DNA of 64,000 nucleotides from a plasmid: sequence record CP089609.1; one strand, 5' to 3'. Shown piece by piece: positions 59,349 to 64,000 of this stretch (position 1 is its first letter; each line of letters starts with the position of its first letter). The notes under the pieces were generated by a model. It saw only the letters and a program-made list of their open reading frames with translations, ran no database searches and was not told where the DNA came from. The position numbers and the translations under genes were made by a program.

Positions 59349-60296
59349 ATGACAACCGTTGTTGCTGAACCTCAGACCGCCGAGTTGTTCGCCCGACCCA
59401 TTCCTGCATCGGCACCGGCGAAGCCAGACCCATCACTGACTGCTATCACGCAGTCAGCAGCGTCAGCAGTGCAGACAGATCCGCATCCGGTTCGGACGGA
59501 TCGCCCGGCGGTGCAGCGCGAGGTAGCCGATTCGGCGCTGAAAGCTGAGATGACCCGCATCCGCATTCTGCGGTGGACACGGTGGATCGCCGTGGGTATC
59601 ACTGTGATCATCGCGTTGGCCAGCTTCGTGCTGAGTTTCACCACCTCGTGGGATCTGGTCAGCCGGGCGCGGGTTCCGCATAGCTTGGCGTGGTTGTGGC
59701 CGGTGATCGTCGACGGCACCATCGCCCAGTCCACACTGTCAGTGATGGTGTTGGGCCCCTACGGCGACGAGCACCGCAAGAAGAGGTGGTTCTTCGGGAC
59801 GGTGCTGGTCATGGCGGTTCTGGTCAGCATTGTGGCTAACGCACTGCATGCCATTCTCCCTGCTGGGCCGCTCAATCCATGGTTGTCGGCCGCGATCGCG
59901 GCGGTGGCGCCACTGTCGGCCCTGGCCACTGTTCACGGTGTGGTTACGCTCTGCCGGATCCCGTCGCTGCCACCGAGCATCGACGTTGTCGATATCGCCG
60001 AAGATGTCGACGAGGACGAGGGCCTCGAACCGGAGAATGAGGACCCGTCGGTCCCCGACATGCGTTTCGAGGGCCTCGCGCAGGAACTACTGAACCGCGG
60101 CATGACCAAACAGGTCCCCTACCACGTCACCTCGGTGTTGAACTACACCTACCGTCACCCCGAGAATTTGTCCGCCCGCGAGATCGGTCAGCTCGTCGGG
60201 ATCAGCCACGAAGCCGTGCTCAGGATTCAGAAAGCGGTGCAAGCGCTGCCTGGCGGCGCCGAACTGGTCAGGGCCTCGGCCACTCAAAGTGCCTGA
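59349..60296 (+). CDS. membrane protein with a C-terminal HTH-like domain
   Basis: GGAGAACGCATG Shine-Dalgarno. Four transmembrane helices in the middle. C-terminal LSAREIGQLVGISHEAVLRIQKAV is HTH-like. Confidence 0.4.
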   Translation: MTTVVAEPQTAELFARPIPASAPAKPDPSLTAITQSAASAVQTDPHPVRTDRPAVQREVADSALKAEMTRIRILRWTRWIAVGITVIIALASFVLSFTTSWDLVSRARVPHSLAWLWPVIVDGTIAQSTLSVMVLGPYGDEHRKKRWFFGTVLVMAVLVSIVANALHAILPAGPLNPWLSAAIAAVAPLSALATVHGVVTLCRIPSLPPSIDVVDIAEDVDEDEGLEPENEDPSVPDMRFEGLAQELLNRGMTKQVPYHVTSVLNYTYRHPENLSAREIGQLVGISHEAVLRIQKAVQALPGGAELVRASATQSA

Positions 60297-60743
60297 GCGC
60301 TCACCTGGTCCAGGTACCGCGCCTGTCGATTGTTCCCTGCTGCTGTTCCGATACTGACGAACAGTGCCGCCGCCGCGGCGCGGGCGCAAGGTCGGTGAGC
60401 AGGGCCACCTACGGTGCGTGTTTCCGCAGCGTGAGTGCAGCAGCGTCAGTGATCGCGAGAAGCAGTGTCAGTTCACGGGATCCGAACAGTTGGGTCGTGA
60501 ATGGGTGGTCGCGGCCGGCAGCGAGTCCGATGAGGCGACCACCAGGCGATGGCTCGGCACCACGTTCCGCAGTCTGACGTTCGCCACTGCTAATCAGCGA
60601 GAAATTTCAAGAAGACCCCCGGGGGTACTCAAGAAGGTGCCGTTCGTGCACCGCGGCCTGACGGTTACTGGCGCGCGTCGGCGGTGGCGGACGCCCACGC
60701 TCAGGAGCGGCCGCCCGTGACGGCCGGCGCGGGGAGGGCATAG

Positions 60744-60748
60744 CGGCT
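60744..60748. repeat. Target-site duplication (left) CGGCT
   Basis: Identical to 62968-62972. Confidence 0.6.
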
Positions 60749-60808
60749 TGTCAACGGCGGCCGAAAATCGACCCCTTTTCGTCGGTTGAAAGTTGACCCC
60801 CTAGGTGT

Positions 60809-61618
60809 TCATTCTTCGGGTGTCGATCCCGGGACTCTCCCGAGGTCGCGGTCTTTGATGCGGTAGGAGTCGCCCTTGAGGGCGATCACCTCCGCGTGGT
60901 GTACGAGGCGGTCGATCATGGCCGCAGCAACGACGTCGTCGCCGAAGACCTCGCCCCAGCGCCCGAACGGTTTGTTCGAGGTGACGATCAGGGAGGCGCG
61001 TTCGTAGCGGCTGGAGACCAGCTGGAAGAACAGGTTGGCGGCTTCGGGTTCGAACGGGATGTAGCCGACCTCGTCGATGACGAGCAGCGGGTAGCGCCCG
61101 AGGCGGAGCAGTTCTTGCTGTAACCGGCCGCCGTGATGCGCTTCGGCCAGCCGGGCCACCCATTCGGAAGCGGTGGCGAACAAGGTCCGATGCCCGGCCT
61201 GGCAGGCCCGGATCGCGATCCCGATCGCCAGATGGGTCTTGCCGGTGCCCGGTGGTCCTAGGAACACGACGTTGTCGCGGGCGGCGACGAAGTCCAGGGT
61301 GCCCAGATGCGCGATCAGGTCGCGTTTGAGGCCGCGGGTATGTTCGAAATCGAACTCCTCCAACGACTTCCGTGACGGGAACCGCGCGGCCCGGATACGG
61401 CCCTCGCCGCCGTGAGATTCGCGAGCAGAGACTTCGCGCTGCAAACACGCCACCAGGAATTCCTCATGGGTCCACGACTCGGTCCGGGCCCGCTCGGCCA
61501 GTCGGGTGACGGCTTCACGCATCGTGGGTGCTTTCAGGGCGCGAGTGAGGTAACTGATCTCTGCGCTCAAATCCCGGCCGGCCGCCGCCGTGGTGGCCCG
61601 GGTGGTTTTGGTGGTCAT
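60809..61618 (-). CDS. istB: IS21-family helper ATPase IstB
   Basis: 269 aa with FLGPPGTGKTHLA and LLVIDEVGY. Confidence 0.9.
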   Translation of the reverse strand: MTTKTTRATTAAAGRDLSAEISYLTRALKAPTMREAVTRLAERARTESWTHEEFLVACLQREVSARESHGGEGRIRAARFPSRKSLEEFDFEHTRGLKRDLIAHLGTLDFVAARDNVVFLGPPGTGKTHLAIGIAIRACQAGHRTLFATASEWVARLAEAHHGGRLQQELLRLGRYPLLVIDEVGYIPFEPEAANLFFQLVSSRYERASLIVTSNKPFGRWGEVFGDDVVAAAMIDRLVHHAEVIALKGDSYRIKDRDLGRVPGSTPEE

Positions 61619-62863
61619 GAGGCGAACCCGCCGTCACCGAGGTCGATACCCAAGGCGGTGTCGTAGTCGGTCAGCGACCGCTGCTCGATACACAGGTGGC
61701 CATCGTGTTCGCGGTTTGGGCGCAGGGCACTGATCCGATTGTGCTGCAACAGGTTCGCCGCGTGTCGATGCTCAGGATCGGTGATCGTCTGATGCCACGC
61801 CCAGACCCGTTCGTGCTCGGCGACGGTTTTGCCGCCGCAGAACACCTGCACCCGATCCAGTTCGGCGAGCACTTCGATGCGCCGCCCGATCACCGCGGGG
61901 TGCACCGAATAGTCGTTGGAATCCAACCGGATGTAATGATCGCGGGCCAACCGCGTCGAGTTGCGCCAACCCACCTCCGGGGCCACCGGCGGCAACGCCA
62001 GCATCGCTGCCAGGTCGGCGCCGATCCGGTCGGTCGGAGCGCAGCCCAGGGCGCGGCGCTGACGGCCGTTGACCACGTCGAGCCACGTGTGCAGCTGGTG
62101 GTTGAAATCGCCCGGACCGGTGAAACTTCGGCCAGGCAGAAACGAGCGTTCGAAGTAGTCGTGGGCCCGCTCGATGATGCCCTTGTGTTCGGGTTCGCGC
62201 GGTTTGAGGACCACAACCTTAGTGCCCAGTACACCCCGGAATGCCTGGCAGTCCCTGGTCAACTCGGTTCTGCCGGCCCGGCAGCGCCCGATCGCGCCTT
62301 CACCGTCCCAGACCAGCGTGCGCGGCACCGCACCCAGCGCGGCGATGAGTTTCCACCAACCGGCGAACAGATCCTCGGCCCGCCGCGACGGGATCAGGAT
62401 CGCCGACAGCCAGCGCGAATATCCCAGCACCATCGTCAGCACCGGTAACTGCGTCGGGGTCCGGGTCTGCCCATAGCCGACCGGGATCACCGTGGGTGGG
62501 AACCACAGATCGCACTGCGCGATATCCCCGGCGTCATAGGACGTGCGCCCGGCCGGATCCGGCGGCAGATACGCCGGCCGCAACTCCCGCACACGTTCCT
62601 TGAACACCGTCATGCCCTGGTCCAACCGACCCGCTCGGCGATCACCGTGGCCGGCATCGTCGGCACCGCAGCCAGCTGCGCCCGGATCGCATCCTCGAAC
62701 GCATCCACCGCTGAGCCCGCCGGCTTGCGCACGTACTTCGGTGGCCCGTCAGAAGCCACCGCCGCCCGCACCGTGTTACGCGAGATCCCCAACGTCCTGG
62801 CAATCAACTTGATCGGCAACCCCTCGGTCTTGTGCAACCGGCGGATCTCAGCCCAATCCTCCA
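61615..62863 (-). pseudogene. istA: IS21-family transposase IstA, apparent frameshift near 62610-62630
   Basis: The N-terminal HTH part (GTG 62863, GAGAAAGGGAG Shine-Dalgarno, VLSVEDWAEIRRLHKTEGLPIKLIARTLGISRNTV) stops at 62610. The DDE core continues in another frame (61615..62625). Confidence 0.7.
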
Positions 62864-62967
62864 CTGACAACACTCCCTTTCTCCTCTCGGCTCGTAAGCC
62901 GAGACTCAGACGAAGGGGGTCAAAATTCACCCGACGACACGGGGATAGTTTTCAGGCGACGCCGACA

Positions 62968-62972
62968 CGGCT
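62968..62972. repeat. Target-site duplication (right) CGGCT
   Basis: Identical to 60744-60748. Confidence 0.6.
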
Positions 62973-63689
62973 CAGCGAATCCGGGCTACTCTCCGATTCG
63001 GACTGCAAGACGCATGTCGGCAGGCAGCAATGTCGTTTCCCCTTGGCGCCCGACACTTTGCGCAGCGGTGACCGGATCGAGTGCCGTACGGGCATATACC
63101 TGTAGGCATGCGTACCGAAAATGGTCGACGCTCCCCCGCATACGTCGGACACGCCACCGAGCGCTGGCGCCTGACGTGCCTGGCGTCCGGGGCGAGAGTG
63201 CGTCGTGTCGTCGTCGCACGCTGGCGTGCCCCGCCGCCCATCCGGCATCCGACACTCGGCCCCGGCGTACGCGGACTCCGGCCCCAGGTGGGCGGTGGCG
63301 CGTGGACGACATCGCTGGAGCCCTCCGGTCGTCATTGCACGGTCAGACGCTTAACCAGCGGCGAATCGCATGAGCGAGATCCCCCTTGTGTTGACGTGTG
63401 CCACACGCCAGTGCCGGTAGCGGCGGTGTGCGTTGCTTTCAACTCTGGCGCCCGCCGGGTGCGGGCGTGCGGGAGTTGGGTTGGCACCCGCTCCGGGACC
63501 GGCGTGTGGGTGCCGCAGAATCTGCTTCGTGTCGTGTCGGAGGCTTTCGGCGCAAATTTTTGGTGATGGATTGTGTCGTGCCTGTTGGCGGTTTCTGGCG
63601 TGCGCGGTTCGGCTCGAACCCCTTTTGGACTCTGCGTGTGTTCGCGAGCGCGGTCCCGTGGTCGTCACGCTGCCGGCTCAGCTTGTTAA

Positions 63690-64000
63690 CACCCGCTGTT
63701 AACAGCAGCGCCCACAACTCCTGTTACCCGACTTGTTACCTCGCCTGCCAACTACGGGCGTTAGCACATCTGGTATCGCATGCGGTCACATCAGCGTTAC
63801 CGATCCTGTTCCCGGATATGTTCCTTCACTCAGTAACTCTGTCACGGTCGCGTTAGCCTTGCTGTTAACTCACGAACTAACCCATTCGTTAAAGGTCGTC
63901 ATAGCGATGGTCGTCACAAACTGCACCACTGGTTTCACCACTACAGACACCACAGTTGTCGTCACGCATGTAACTGTGGTTTCACACGTTGTCTTGACCA
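63690..64000. repeat. Lower-GC region with iteron-like direct repeats; possible replication origin
   Basis: TGTTAACA x2 (63692-63715). Repeated GTTAC/GTTAGC units. Three copies of GTCGTCA(C/T) (63894, 63908, 63958) and two of TGGTTTCAC (63930, 63977). No protein-like ORF. Confidence 0.4.

Larger units (their letters stand above)
60749..62967. mobile_element. IS21-family insertion sequence (istA-istB)
   Basis: Imperfect terminal inverted repeats, roughly 45 bp (left TGTCAACGGCGGCCGAAAATCG..., right revcomp TGTCGGCGTCGCCTGAAAACTA...), each with an internal GGGGGTCAA(A/C)(A/T)TTCA motif. Flanked by a 5-bp direct repeat CGGCT. Confidence 0.8.

Noticed and set aside
63000-63690. ORFs 63014..63373, 63081..63566, 63398..63856
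   Set aside because: Arg/Cys/Trp-rich noise frames in GC-rich non-coding DNA with no Shine-Dalgarno. The region is more likely non-coding, lying between the IS21 end and the putative origin.
1-64000. CRISPR arrays
   Set aside because: No regularly spaced direct repeats of 25-40 bp were seen anywhere.

Overview
High-GC actinobacterial DNA, Mycobacterium-like, read directly from the sequence. It has the look of a plasmid or other accessory region rather than core chromosome. Coordinates, starts and overlaps were counted by hand from the sequence and the ORF track, so a few may be off by a base or two.

The window contains, in order:
- Two toxin-antitoxin modules (1–3.9 kb): YefM–YoeB and Xre–RES.
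- An IS200/IS605 element with a frameshifted tnpB (about 5.85–7.6 kb).
- A long run of small hypothetical genes (8.8–24 kb). Four promoters in and around this block (at 8.7, 19.3, 31.0 and 32.4 kb) carry the same 20-bp palindrome, ATACACC-N6-GGTGTAT, overlapping a -10-like hexamer. This looks like a shared-operator regulon. The block also contains a Sir2-like protein that lacks the zinc ribbon (12.35–13.04 kb) and an Lsr2 homolog (14.30–14.75 kb).
- An IS607-family element with a serine-recombinase TnpA and a TnpB (about 25.4–27.7 kb).
- A leftward operon with a P-loop kinase (28.5–31.0 kb).
- A SLOG-like domain fused to a catalytically degenerate FtsK/VirD4-like domain (33.4–34.8 kb).
- A complete type VII (ESX) secretion locus (38–58.6 kb): eccB, a fused eccC, an inverted whiB-eccA unit plus an XRE regulator, PE, PPE, esxB, esxA, espG, an espI-like ATPase, eccD, mycP and eccE. 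eccE is interrupted by an in-frame TAG.
- An IS21-family element with a 5-bp target-site duplication (CGGCT) and a frameshifted istA (60.7–63.0 kb).
- A lower-GC tail with iteron-like direct repeats that may be a replication origin (63.7–64.0 kb).

No rRNA, tRNA or CRISPR array was found.
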